Source: Scyliorhinus canicula (taxonomy: Eukaryota). Taken from it: 64,000 nucleotides of DNA. A program made the translations under genes and the position numbers. The notes under the pieces are model-generated. The model was not told the DNA's origin and made no database searches. It saw only the letters and a list, made by a program, of their open reading frames with translations. Positions 48,336 to 61,489 of the stretch are shown in pieces (position 1 is the first letter of the stretch; the number at the start of each line of letters is the position of its first letter). The stretch spans positions 3,844,001 to 3,908,000 of the forward strand of contig NC_052172.1 in assembly GCF_902713615.1 (NCBI RefSeq), given 5' to 3'.

Positions 48336-49727
48336 GCAGGCGCCACTTCGCACAAATACAATCCCTGGTGCTGTTACGACATAGCCATTGTAAAATTGCA
48401 AACTTTAATCATGGAGCATTGGCGGGCACTGGTCACCCTGAACCTATCGTCACTCAACAACTACAGATGTGTGCTTTCCACCAAGATGTGCTGGAAAGTA
48501 AATGGAAGTGGAAGCTCTGGCTGACCCCCTCTCCCTTCCCCTTCAACTCTAGCTTGGGGCAAGCAGGCCCATTAAATCACCCCTATTGCTTAACCAGCAG
48601 AATACACAAGCTGAGTAGTTAAACCTGGGACCTATTGTCTGTTTGCCATTACACTATGCAGTGTGTTTATCGACATTGGGAAAATCAGGAGGCTGTTTTA
48701 TCGTTCTCTGGTTTTACTCGCAGTGGGTGACTTTGTGGATATCAGCTCGGGAAAGTCCAGGCAATTTGATGACATGCTGAGTGAATGAGCGAGTTTAATA
48801 AGTACGATCGAAACTGCATCTGGTTTTCATCAAGCAAATGTGCGGTTTGCCACCGGTAACTAAATTTCTGTCCAGAATTGAACTTGGTGAACCCAGCATC
48901 CCGTTGGGAATTGGCTAAGATGAGCGTTCTAATTGCCTTTATCATCTAGAGCGCCTGGGAGAATTCCAGTTGTTTTGCTGGACTCCACGTGGTGTATGAG
49001 CTTGCACATGGCACCCTTGGTTCACCTTGCTCTTCAGTGGGAGAAGTTGGAATGCATTGTCCAGCTTGCCGCACGTTTCAAACAGTGAAGACCCCCCCCC
49101 ACCCCCACCTGAAGATGACAGTGTAAAATGGGGAGGTGTCCTCCGCACACTTCTTTCGAGGATACTGCACGTCATCAACAGCAGCGAGATGGCGAGCCCT
49201 TTTCGGCTGTTTGTTAGCATTTGTTTGAGATGAGGGTCCTTTCCTCCGGGTAAATCCCTGTGACATTTCACACCGCAATCCCTCTTCACTCCTCTTTCAT
49301 CCTCCATGTGCCCAGTGCCGACCCGGGAAAGCTGAAAGTGGATCAGCACAAGCTCACGTGTGGGTGCAAAAGCTGTTCCTTTGATCTTCAGCTCGTGCTG
49401 TCTGTATTTTGCAAATGGGACATGTTGCCTTTTAGTATGCGGCACACTTCTTTTCATGTGCTGCGTGGGACGAATAAGTGAAGGAATTGATGCTGAAGTG
49501 TTATTGACGCTCTTCTGCCTGTCTGCTGCCATGTTAATCACCACCATGTCCAGCTAAGGCCCAATTATTTTGCTGCCTCTGGCAGCCCTGGGAATATGGC
49601 CACGTTTTGTGGCCCCCCCCCCCCCCCCCCACCCCCCCACCCCCCTCTTCTGAGTGACTGAAGTTGCCCCGACTAAAGAAGTTTTACTTGTGGCCTCCGA
49701 GCAGGTACGGTAAAGTGAAGTAGTCAT

Positions 49728-50226
49728 AGGGGCGGCATGGTGGTTGGCACTGCTGCCTCACGCTCCAGGGTGACTGTGTGGTTTTCCAGCCTCGGGTGAC
49801 TGTGTAGTTTTCCTCTGGGTGCTCCGGTTTCCTCCCACAGTCCAAAGATGTGCAGGTTAGGTGGATTGACCATGCTACATTGCCCTTTAGTGTCCAGAGG
49901 TTAGATGGAGTTACAGAGATAGGCGTGGGCTTCAGGTGCTCTTTCATGGGCTGGTGTAGACTCAATGGGCCGAATGGCCTCCTTCTCCATTGTAAATTCT
50001 ATGATTCTAGTTCCAGGTGACCATAGGCTGCTTTCCCTTTGGTGGTGGGGGGGGGAGAAGAAGAGCGAGCTGACTGGTGTGTGGGTGGGGGGTTGCGATT
50101 TGAACCCGAGAGTCACCTCGCTCCAGGTCAGTCAAACCTCAGCCGGCACGGGAATTGAACCCACATGGCTGGCCTAGGCTCTGCATCACGAACCAGCCGT
50201 CAAGCCGACTGAGCTAAACCGGCCCA
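49728..50226. mobile_element. V-SINE (49728-50005 +) and a second tRNA-headed SINE family (50008-50226 -)
   Basis: The second element matches 60824-61050 (GG..GTTTAGCTCAGTCGGCT...GGGAAAGCAGCC). Confidence 0.82.
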
Positions 50227-52009
50227 GAGCGCAACTGAAAACTGCTGAAAACCATCTTAAATCACAACTTTAAAATATATTTTAATGTGGCTGGTGTTAT
50301 TCCCTGATGGATTTGTGGAGTTTTGCACCGTCTCACGTGTTCTCTAAATGTCCTCGTTCATTCAATCACTCTGCTTGCAGACGAGTGCAAATTGACAGTA
50401 GGGGTTTGCCTGTAGTGACACCTTGGACCGTGCGGAATAACGTTTCGTTCTCTGCCCACGGTGTGAAGTTGCAATGTGCAATATTTCTTTCCTGGATCTG
50501 TCATAACAAAGTGACAGTGGACTATCTTTCTCTGTGCCCAATTTCCTATAATCCTGAAGATTAACATCTCCTTAAACCGTGCATCGGGCCATGACATAGT
50601 CTTTCCCAAAGTTGTGTAAATGTAGATTAAGTTCTTTAGAAACTATTAAGAAATAAAATGGGGTGAATTCCACTGTGCTGGGAGCTGCAGCCAACATTTC
50701 AGAATCACAGGTGATAACATGTATTTATAGAGCGATCGCTATCTGCAGGGAAGTATCCCAGAAAATAGTTCTGCAGAATACAGGTGACATAAATCTGTGC
50801 TGGTTCAAATGGATATAATGTAAACCTCATTTCCTCTCTGAATTATTGAAGGCAATCCAACTTGATTTGGGTGAGGATGAGTAATTTTACATGGGTCATG
50901 CCAGGGTGGGAAGGAATACTTGAAGTGCACAGTATTGGGGGACACTGCCACTATCCCAAATTTACTACAAATACTTCGATTTTGGACCTCAAAGCAAGTT
51001 GGTTGAATGAGGAAAGGCAGCATTGAAGGCGACAGCCCAAAGCCTTCAGAGAAAGTTGAACAAATTATATGCGCGCCATATAATGTCAATGTCAGCCAGG
51101 AGTCACTTATCGTACAGAGGAAAGAGAGATGGACTCCATACGTTTCCCATGAGTGATGTTGTGATTGCTAAAAATGAAGATTGAAAGAGATCCCAGAGCT
51201 TTTAAAATCAACACTCAAGGAAAGTGTAGTGTTGCAAGTATTTCAGGCTGGATTTTAACTTCTGAGGTGGGTAGCTCAAGTTGGGAAATTTCAACAAACA
51301 ATTATACCATACATGTCAACAAACAACTATTCAGACTTCTAGAATGGATGCCACTTGGCCCATCAATAAAATGTTTTTTCTGAACTGATAGCTGCAGCCT
51401 GTTTTTTTTTAATTTAAAGGGCTGTAAATTTAAATAACTTCAGATCATGACAGTCAAACAAAACTTGTGTGCCCTTCAGGAGTGTTCACATCTCCATATA
51501 TTTGTGACAAATTTGTGCCCAGGCCCTTGCAACAGCCAGAAAGATGTCCTTTGAACTCAGCAAGGCCATTTGAGTTCAAGTGCTGAATTTAGTTTTTCCT
51601 CGTGTCAGAATCACATCCAGCACCGACAAAAATTGGATCTGTTGGAAATGGGAGCGGGATTTCTACATTTTTAAATTTATTTTGAAGGCCCGTGGAGTGA
51701 GTTCTCCATAAATCTGACTCTTGGAGTGATATTTCTCCAAATTGGTAGAAAGTGAAAGCCATGTAATCATTGACAAGATAACTCAATATAGCAATCGAGA
51801 ACATGGAAGATTGTTATCAACGAATTAAGGTGGACCAAATGACCTTTCTTTCCATAAGGTTGATGTTTTGATATGTAGCCGTGGGATTTCAACACTTTGC
51901 ACTGTATGGACATTGGACTGGGATAATCCCAGTGACAGAAAGTTTGTGTCTATGGTTTCACAGCAGCAAATTCATTTTTTTCCTCCGCAGAATGCTTGAG
52001 ATGAACATG

Positions 52010-52041
52010 CCTGTCCAACTTTCCTCATAAGGTAACCCCCC

Positions 52042-52100
<59 letters not shown>

Positions 52101-53010
52101 CTGGAATGAGCTAAACGAACCTTCTTTGAACTACTAATGAGTTATATCCTTTTTTCCCAGTTAGGAGTCCAAAACTGTACCTCTTACTCCAGATGTGGTT
52201 TCGCCAAGACCCTGTACAACTGCAGTAAAACATCCCTACTTTTATACTCCATTCCCCTTGCAATCCATGCCAACATTCCATTTGCCTTCCCAATCACTTG
52301 CTGTACCCGCCTACTGACTTTTCGCGATTCCTGTACCAGGGCACCCAAATTCCTCTGAGTTCTGCAATCTCTATTTAAACAGTACGCTGCTTTACTATCC
52401 TTCCCTGCCAAAGTGGACGCGTTCACATTTCCTCACGCTACGCTCCATCTGCCAAACTTCTGCCCAATCGCTTAACCCTGTCTTGTGTTCCTTTGTAGAT
52501 TGCTTACTCTGACACCTTACTCTCCTGCCTATCTTGGTGTCTTTGGCAAATTTGGCTACTGCATGTTTCATAGAATTAACAGTGCAGAAGGAGGCCATTC
52601 GGCCCATCGAGTCTGCACCGGCTCTTGGAAAGAGCACCCTACCCAAGGTCAACACCTCCACCCCATCTCCATAACCCAGTAACCCTACCCAACAGTAAGG
52701 GCAATTTTTGGATACTAAGGGCAATTCATCATGGCCAGTCCACCTAACCTGCACATCTTTTGACTGTGGTAAGAAACCGGAGCACCCGGAGGAAACCCAC
52801 GCACACGGGGAGGATGTGCAGACTCCGCACAGACAGTGACCCAAGCGGGAATCGAACCTGGGACCCTGGAGCTATAAAGCAATTGTGCTATCCACAAGGC
52901 TACCGTGCTGCCCTTCCGTCCCTTCATCAAAGCCATTGATGTAGATGGCAAATAACAGCGGCCCAGCTCTCATCCCTGTGGCAACCCCACTGGTTGCATC
53001 TCGCCAACCT
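52010..53010 (-). mobile_element. CR1 RT fragment containing (CA)n (52041-52095) and an inserted SINE (52568-52913)
   Basis: Encodes VQQVIGKANGMLAWIARGMEYKSRDVLLQLY and AKFAKDTKIG. Confidence 0.88.
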
Positions 53011-53996
53011 GAAGGCCAGGATTAGTTAGCTAACAGGAGCAGAGAGCAGGGATAAATGGGTCTTTTCAAAACTTGTCGTTTCATTATTGTGAACCCTTGC
53101 TGGGAGAAGGGGAATCTTGCCGATAGATTTCTTCGGAGAAAAGGAATAATTGCATTGTGAAATTAAATAAATGCAAATGTAATGTTGCCTCCACTATGCA
53201 TTTGCCATGAGCCCCTGGTGCACAGGGGCTTCTGCTGTTGACCAACATAAATTAATTTAATCTTCACTGTTGCTGATGATCATCCCCAACTCTGCAATTA
53301 ATACTTTAGCCGCGTGATGCTGTCAGTCAGGAAGTCGCTCAAAACCATGGAGTTAAAGATATAGGACCTCTACAGGGCAGGAGAAGGCCGTTCGGCCCAT
53401 CAAACCTGCACCTACCCAAACCATCCCTGTAACCCCACCCAACGCTTGGACTGTGGGAGGAAACCGGAGCACCCGGAGGAAACCCACACAGACGGGGGAA
53501 GAACGGGCAAACTCCACGCAGACCGGAATCGAACCTGGGTCCCTGGCGCTGAGGCAGCAGTGCTAACCATTATGCCACCGTGCAAGACTTTAAACCTCAG
53601 AGCTACCTCATTGGCATTTGTAATATCAGTTTTCAAAATTACACTTCTCCATTGAGTGAATTCAGTCTTGGATTTGTATCCACCCTTTGAAGCATTAGAT
53701 CTGGACTGGATTCATAAAACCAAGTAGCAATAATACAAGCCAGCCTCCCCACCTCCACTTTATTCTTGTAATGAGATTGCTAGGAGGCAGTCATATTGTG
53801 GATTTGAAACTCGCATCACACCAGCCTGTAATCTGCATCAATGTGGCTAAGAAAGGAGTTGTTTGCATTGTTTAGTTCACGTCCTTAAAATGTCTTGGTA
53901 TCTTCCAATTCATTTTGTGGTTTGCTCACTGCGCACAAATTTGTCAGGCGCTTGTCTGCGACAACGTCCCACAAGCACTGAAATGACCATAGATAT

Positions 53997-54550
53997 CATA
54001 GAATTTACAGTGCAGAAGGAGGCCATTCGGCCCATTGAGTCTGCACCGGCTCTTGGAAAGAGCACCCTACCCAAGGTCAACACCTCCACCCTATTCCCAT
54101 AACCCAATAACCCAGTAAGGGCAATTTTAGACACTAAGAGCAATTTAGCAGGGCCAATCCACCTAACCTGCACATCTTTGGACTGTGGGAGGAAACTGGA
54201 GCACCTGGAGGAAACCCACGCACACACGGGGAGGCTGTGCAGACTCCGCACAGACAGTGACCCAAGCCGGAATCGGACCTGGGACCCTGGAGCTGTGAAG
54301 CAATTGTGCTATCCACAATGTTTCCGTGCTGCCCGTTAATTTGTTTCTGATGATGTTGGCAGCTGTGGGATCTTTTGCGCTTGCTGCAGGCAGACTGGAT
54401 CTCGGTTTGCCTCATCTGAAAGACGGCACCTCCGATAGTGCGACACTCCCATTGTTACTTCATTACACTGTTCCTGAAGTGTTAGCTGAGTGTCTGCTCT
54501 CAGGTTATGAGGTTTGGATCCGTGACCCGCTGACTCTGAGATGAGAGTGG
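53997..54550 (-). mobile_element. Tail-a V-SINE (53997-54333) adjoining a Deu-SINE (54340-54550)
   Basis: The minus strand contains TATCGGAGGTGCCGTCTTTCAGATGAGGCAAACCGAG (Deu-like). Confidence 0.8.
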
Positions 54551-54814
54551 AGACCATACCAATGGGGATGAGCAGGAGGGGAGAGAGTAAACGTTTCACT
54601 GGAGACAAAGGATAAAAACTGAAGTGCAGAGTGATTTAGTTCATTAACAGCTGCGGAAAACATGTGGCGCCTGGAGGGCTAGTCATTTAGCATCTCAAAA
54701 ACGCAATTGTAATTCCTAGTTACACTTCCCTCACTGGGGCGGTTGTTGAGGCAGTAAGCAACTGGTCCATGTAGACCTGAAGGCTCTCGACTGACCTCTC
54801 TGGAATTGACCAGA

Positions 54815-55053
54815 TGTTATAACCCGTACGGGTCTCACGGAGTAGGGGTGATCCACTATCCTGTGGAGCTTGCAGAATACGGGCTCCCCCGATAAGGGAT
54901 AACACCGCTCGCGTGCCTTAATATAAATAAGAATCGGCCAGTCAGGCACCTAGAGAAGACCCAGTAGGAACTATTGTAGCTGTACATAATAGTTAACATG
55001 TTAAATAATAAGTTTTGTTTTCTGTACAACTCGGTGTTGCCCCATACAAAACA
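54815..55053 (+). mobile_element. Possible short solo LTR
   Basis: TGTTATAACC start, TATAAATA box, AAATAATAA and ...AACA end; no TSD seen. Confidence 0.35.
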
Positions 55054-55389
55054 AATCTTGGCTGGAATTCTGCAGTTTGTCTGTGTCCTTGGGCTAGGGA
55101 CTCCTGCCTGCTTTTCAGTGACTCAACTGGACAGTGTACAATTCTGAACATTAAATGAGAGCTCGCACAGGCTCGGCTGTGATGCACAACACGATTTCAA
55201 GGCTTTTTGATGCACGGGGTCCTGAAGCTGTCAGTGTCCCTCCAGAAACATGCCCCACACTTGAGTCTGAGAAGAAGAGAAAGAAAGGCCCCATTTACAT
55301 TTAATTCATTCTCTAACATTCAATGTAAATGGAGCGCATGATGAAGATTTGCTTTTGAAGCAAGGGCGTCAATCTACTCGTAGCATGGT

Positions 55390-55935
55390 TAACATAGAAC
55401 AGTACAGCACAGAACAGGCCCTTCGGCCCTCGATGTTGTGCCGAGCAATGATCACCCCACTCAATCCCACGTATCCACCCTATACCCATAACCCCCCCCC
55501 CCCCCTTAAACCTTACTTTTTAGGACACTACGGGCAATTTAGCATGTCCAATCCACCTAACCCGCACATCTTTGGACTGTGGGAGGAAACCGGAGCACCC
55601 GGAGGAAACCCACGCACACACGGGGAGGACGTGCAGACTCCGCACAGACAGTGACCCAGCCAGGAATCGAACCTGGGACCCTGTAGCTGGGAAGCATTTA
55701 TGCTAACCACCATGCTACCGTGCTGCCCCTAACCTGTAACCTTCGATCATGGCACGGCGGCACAGTGGTTAGCACTTCTGCTTCAGGCACCGAGGACCCG
55801 GGTTCGGTCCGGGCCCCAGGTCACTGTGGACTTTACACATTCTCCCCGTGTCTGTGTGGGTCTCGCCCCCGCAACCCAAAGATGTGCAGGGTCGGTGGAT
55901 TGGCCACAGTAAGCCGCACCTTTATTGGAAAAATC
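55390..55935. mobile_element. Tail-b SINE (55390-55728 -) and type-d SINE (55750-55935 +)
   Basis: V-SINE motifs. Confidence 0.88.
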
Positions 55936-57034
55936 AAAAAAAAACCCTTCGATCATATGTTCTTTGTGGATGAAAGAAATTCCAAATTGGGATTCTGTAC
56001 TTACAAATGAGACTCATTGAAGTAGTTCAGATCAGTGATGAGTAACTTCCTTTCTTTGTCTCCCGCTGCTCTTCTGTTTCCCACACCCCTCCCCCTTTCA
56101 TAATTGGGCCTGTATTAAGCGCTGACCAAAGACTCTTAACATCGATGTGTGAAGGTGCTCCCTTAATGACCTGCTTAAGCTCATTTGTACGCAGTAAATT
56201 TTACAGGTTAGCTGCCACGCTGGTGACTGTGAGAATCTTCACCTTTCGAGTCTCCCTGGGAAACTCTGTAGTCTCATCATAATGCATTGGAAATGAGCAG
56301 AGCTGAAGAGCCAAGTGTGTGTGTGTGACTGAAGCACACTCCTTACAAGGTGATGCGAACACATTCCCCACTTTGAACCTGTATTTGCCTGAGTGAGTGA
56401 TGCTCTGCCTTTCATATGTAGCACAGGCTTTGCATCAAAGCTTCACGTAGGTGGAACTATGAAAATGACCAGCTTGTAGGCCTTACGTTTTCAAAGCTGT
56501 GAAGCCAGTTTGGTGCTCCTCGGCCCTCATTTTCCTCCCCACCTTTGCTGACTCTTGCTCAGCGTGGTCCCTCTATAATCTCATGGAAGTGCCTATTTTA
56601 TGTGGGCCTTGATATTGTGTGGCAGCACGCTTGACCGCACAGGGCATTGTGTATTCAGTTCATTCCTGCCTTCCACAAAGACGTGTTTGCTAGTAACAGC
56701 CTCAAGGACAAGGGGAGTCACTCTTGTTGACTTCCTCCTCGCCCTGTCCCCTCCCTGCTTCCTAAGCTTCAACCTCCACCCCTACTTGGGACCAGATGTG
56801 GGTTTATGCACCACCCTGGGATTGATAAAAGAACAATTCGGCACAGGAACAGATCCTTCGGCCCTCCAGGCCTGCGCCAACCACGGTACCTAAAACCGTA
56901 TGCACTTACGGAGTCTGTATCCTTCCATTCCCACCCTATTCATATATTTGTCTGGATGCCCCTTAAATGCCTCTATCATACCTGCTCTCACCACCTCCCA
57001 GTAGCGTGTTACCACCCCGTCACGCCTAATACCC

Positions 57035-57555
57035 CAGTGCAAAATGTCACATTTTAGGAAGGATGTGATTGAACTGGAGGGGGTGTCGAGGCGATTCACC
57101 AGGATGTTGCCTGGGATGGAACGTTTAAGTGATGAAGAGAGGTTGGATAGGCTTGGGTTGGTTTCTCTGGAGCAGAGAAGACTGAGGGGCGACTTGATCG
57201 AGGTGAACAAGATTGAGGGGCGTGGATAGGGAGCAGCTGTTCCGCATAGTTGAAGGGGCAGTTAGGAGGGGACACAAGTTCAAGGTGAGGGGCAGGTGGT
57301 TTGGGGAGGAGTTTGAGGAAAAGCTTTTCTGCCTAGAGGTAGGTGACGGTCTGGAACGCACTGCCTGGGAGGGTGGGAGAGGCGGATTGCCTCACATCCT
57401 TGAAAAAGTACCTGGATGAGCACTGGGCACGTCTTAACATTCAAGGCTATGGATCAAGTGCTGGAAAAGAGGATTAGGTGGGCAGGTCAAGTGTTTTCAT
57501 GCGTTGGTGCAGACTCGATGGGCTGAAGGGTCTCTTCTGTCCTGTATTCTATTAT
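57035..57555 (+). mobile_element. CR1 3' fragment
   Basis: Encodes HFRKDVIELEGVSRRFTRMLPGM...RGHKFKVRG; the tail GGTGCAGACTCGATGGG is shared with tail-a SINEs. Confidence 0.9.
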
Positions 57556-57616
57556 TTTCTGCGTGCCTTGAACACACAGTGCGAAGAAATAGCACTTTTC
57601 ATTCTTCCTCATCATC

Positions 57617-57976
57617 TTAGAACATAGAACAGTACAGCACAGAACAGGCCCTTCGGCCCTCAATGTTGTGCCGAGCCATGATCACCCTACTCAAACCCAC
57701 GTATCCACCCTATACCCGTAACCCAACAACCCCCCCTTAACCTTACTTTTATTAGGACACTACGGGCAATTTAGCATGGCCAATCCACCTAACCCGCACA
57801 TCTTTGGACTGTGGGAGGAAACCGGAGCACCCGGAGGAAACCCACGCACACAGGGGGAGGACGTGCAGACTCCACACAGACAGTGACCCAGCCGGGAATC
57901 GAACCTGGGACCCTGGAGCTGTGAAGCATTTATGCTAACCACCATGCTACCATGCTGCCCTGCTACCCTGCTGCCC
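57617..57976 (-). mobile_element. Young tail-b SINE
   Basis: Near-identical to 21808-22140. Confidence 0.92.
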
Positions 57977-57989
57977 TTATTTCAGCTTA

Positions 57990-58560
57990 TTTAGGGCCAT
58001 CACAATGCTGGTCGATCGCACTTCTCCATCTCCTTCGTTCAGTCACCCATTCCTCCTCCAACCTCTCACCACCACCTCTTTCCATCTGGCCGTAGAAATT
58101 CCCCTTCTTCCTGGCAACCCCATATGCATCACTCACCTCGCTACGCAGCCTCTTTCTCCACAGCAGATGTCCATCCCATTTCAATCCTTTCTCAGCTACC
58201 TTCTTCCACACTTCCACAATCTTCACTGAGCCCCTGCCATGCTGGTTCCTGACCCCGACTCTTTACTCCTCATATCAATCTCAGCATTCACATCTCATTA
58301 GCAGAGGGCTTCATGATTATCTTGTAGGTTCCTCCTTTCAGTTTATGTGGTACTTTTCTTATCACACAACATTCCACCGCACTTGTACCGATTGCTCCAA
58401 CCAGAGCTAATCCACGAATTAATTTCTGTGCCCATGCTTCCGTCTTCTGCCACCGTTGACCCAGATATTTGAAGCTACTCGCTATCGCCAAGTCTTCGCC
58501 CATAATCTTCACCCCTTCACTCTGACCCTCTTCCTTGTCTCAAACCAACGGTCCATTTCC
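57990..58560 (-). mobile_element. Old RTE-clade LINE fragment
   Basis: SSFKYLG...RKVPHKLKGGTYKIIMKP and KGLKWDGHL resemble the RTE RT C-terminus (FKYLG...K-K-Y-...RP; LRW-GH). Confidence 0.65.
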
Positions 58561-59094
58561 TTCCCCCTCATCGGGGACAATAGTCCCAATGGTTGCAGAA
58601 AAAAGCCCCCATCTCTGTTGTCATGGTACCAGCACAATCAAGACCTTCCATGTCCTTGAGTTTTATTATATCCAGATTCCGCTCCATTGCATTGCCATTA
58701 AATGCATGGCCACGGTGGATCCCATCTGAACCAAGAAGTTTAAACCGAGTGTTCCACCATTGAATTACAAGTTGGTTTAATTCGGGTAGACGCAATACTT
58801 GAAAGATGGCACGGGAATCCAGAATCATGACATTCATTGTTCAAAATCTGCTTTACCTGTTTGTTCCTCCTCTCCCAAAGGTCCCAACTCATTCTTGCCC
58901 GTTATTCCAATGGCATCAGTCATTCTCCAGTAAATTGCCTTTGTGACGACTTTACATGGGAGTAGCTAATCAGATAGTTGCTTGCAGGCCATCTAAAGGG
59001 ATGCCCATTTGGGTGAGCTACCAAAAAATTGGCACCCATCCAACTGTACTCCAGTATGAGAGTTCCTCATGGAAAGGTATCCCAGTAGGGACCG

Positions 59095-59237
59095 GTACCC
59101 GGTACGGACTGGTGCCCCAGTGGAACGGAGCCCCAGCATGGGTTGGTGCCCGGTGGGATGTGCCCGGGTACAGGCTAGTGCCAGGAGTAGGGACCCCGGT
59201 ACAGGCCAGTGCCCCGTGGGATGGGGCCCTGGTACAG
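59095..59237. repeat. Degenerate ~32-bp GC-rich minisatellite
   Basis: CCGGTACAGGCCAGTGCCCC-like units near 59099, 59132, 59164, 59196 and 59228. Confidence 0.6.
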
Positions 59238-59362
59238 ATCATCATTATTAACATCCATGCAATTGCTTTACTGGTCTCGCACAATATTATCTGGTTGACA
59301 TTCAGAATATATCTTCAAATAGCTGCAATACCATTTTCATTTGAAGGCTTTGCAATATACTA

Positions 59363-59996
59363 CAGTAGTTCCCCGTTATACCGCGGGTGTTGGGGTCCAA
59401 GACAGCCACCCTCGATGCATCCGAGCCGCGGAAGCCTACGGAAATTTTGAAAGACTGAGACTCGTCCACAAAATGTGTCCTCCCCCTGAGATGATCATTG
59501 GGCAGGCTTACCCACTGGTGCCTGGTTTGCCGATTTATCCGGGTACCTACGCGTCCATCTCGCAGGTTGGGAGTCTCCGGTATGGGGGAGTGATGCCGAC
59601 TCTTGCCAGGAAAGTGTTGTCGCTGGTGCTGGTCACTAGGACTGTGTCTCCTTTGGCGGGAGTCCTGAACTACAGCACAGGAAGGTGACGCTCCGCATCC
59701 AGCGGGGCATCCTAGGTTGAGGACCACCATTGCAAGGTAGGGTGCTTAACAATCCTGTCTTTCTTGTTCTTAGGCGTTTTTCATCACAACTGCATGGTTT
59801 CCGACTTAGACAATGTTGATTGCTTTTTCTGCGCTTTCAAGTCTCAGGCTGGGATGGCTTGGAATTCAGCCTTTTTGGACCAAAACCTCCCAAGTTCCCT
59901 CACAGACTAAAGTGTGGGTTGAGCCCACGAAAAAAGTTGGGGTCCATAAGCACCCCCGCCGTATATCGCGAACCGCGGTATAACGGGGGACTACTG
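59363..59996. mobile_element. Tigger/pogo-like (Tc1/mariner superfamily) non-autonomous element
   Basis: 24-bp TIRs CAGTAGT(T/C)CCCCGTTATACCGCGG with 1 mismatch, flanked by TA on both sides; no transposase ORF. Confidence 0.88.
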
Positions 59997-60491
59997 TATC
60001 TGGTTTGGCGATGTAAAATAGCTGCAGTTGCCACATGGGAGAGAATTCTTGCACATCACTAACAGCATATCAATGGAAACCGTTATCGGCATGGACAGCC
60101 AAGCTCTTGTACCTCATATTGTTCAGGTATCAGAGACTACCCGTTATGTATCAGCCGCCTTGTTTGGGAGCCTGATAGCCTGGATTTGTGGGAACCCGGA
60201 TTCCCTCCCGTGTGCTTAGCACTCTCCTGAAGAACCATTCCCATTCAGCAGTTTATGGTGCTGATTGGAAACTTGTGCCTAAAGCACAGATTTTTTGACA
60301 AAGCTGTCTGTTGTGGTTTAAAACTTTATAGAGGGATGGATTGAATTTCATCAAGTCGGAATGTCATTGTGTAGGTTTTCCCCAACATGTCTCTCTCATC
60401 CAGCAATGCTGACCATGATTCTATTTCAGTACAAGTGGTAACTAAAATACTGCTGAATGTTTGTTTCCCAGGGAAAGTCTTCATGTTTCTA

Positions 60492-61050
60492 ATCATAGAA
60501 TCCCTGCAATGCAGAAGGAGGCCATTCGGCCCATCAAGTCTACACCAAACCCGTTGAACGACCACACTACCTCGGCCCAATCCTCCGTCCTATTCCTGCA
60601 ACCCCATCCTAAGGGCAGTTTATCATGGCCAATCCACCTAACCCACACATCTTTGGACTGTGGGAGGAAACCAGAGCACCCAGAGGAAACTCTCACAGAC
60701 AGGGGGAGAACGTGCAAACTCCACATAGTTGTCCAGGGTCGGAATCGAACCTGGGTCCCTGGCGCTGTGAGGCAGCAGTGCTAACCGCTTCATTGCCAAT
60801 CGAGTCTACTCCTGGACTTTTTGGGGGCCAGTTTAGCTCAGTCGGCTGGACAGCTGGTTCGTGATGCAGAGTGAGGCCAGCAGCGGGGGTTTGATCCCCG
60901 TACCGGCTGAGGTTATTCATCAAGGCCCCGCCTTCTCAACCTTGCCTCTCGCCTGAGATGTGGTGACCCTCCAGTTAAATCACCACCAGTCAGCTCCCCC
61001 CCACCCCAAAGGGGAAAGCAGCCCAAGATCACCTGGGACCCTGGCAACTT
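60492..61050. mobile_element. V-SINE (60492-60788 -) and second-family tRNA SINE (60824-61050 +)
   Basis: Motifs as for the copies above. Confidence 0.82.
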
Positions 61051-61489
61051 TGCCTTCCCTTTACCTGTGCTTTTTGTGCAGTACTCATTGTGATCCAGGT
61101 GTAGAGTCTCAAAACAGCCACTCTTGGGGCAGAGTTCCTGCAGGATTTTGGATCTTGCCAGTTTTTACTGGTTGGGTCAGGCAGATCAAACCAAGCTGAA
61201 GCAAGTGGGGACAAAGTTGGAGCATGGGAGAAGACCAGTGCGATAAGGCGATAACTTGTCTACCAAACAAGCTGGTCATTTATTTTACTCATTTTGTAAG
61301 AATTCCAATGTATGCCTGTGGCTTATAAAAATGTCCCCTGGATTTTAGACACTACCTGCATTGGGATTGTGATGGGGTGGCAGATCTTAGGATTTCTTTG
61401 TTGTGGCTCTAATTTGGGTGAGGAAATGGGCCATACTTTTAACTTTAAATATTTGAGTGATTTTAAAATGCATACTACAACAAAGAAAG

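Noticed and set aside
48942-49547. 201-aa minus-strand ORF in unique sequence
   Set aside because: It has a non-ATG start as called, includes a translated homopolymer, and shows no motifs or splice support.
51551-55332. Short perfect inverted repeats (51551-51579, 9 bp; 55291-55332, 11 bp)
   Set aside because: They are AT-rich and short, could arise by chance, and have no supporting context.
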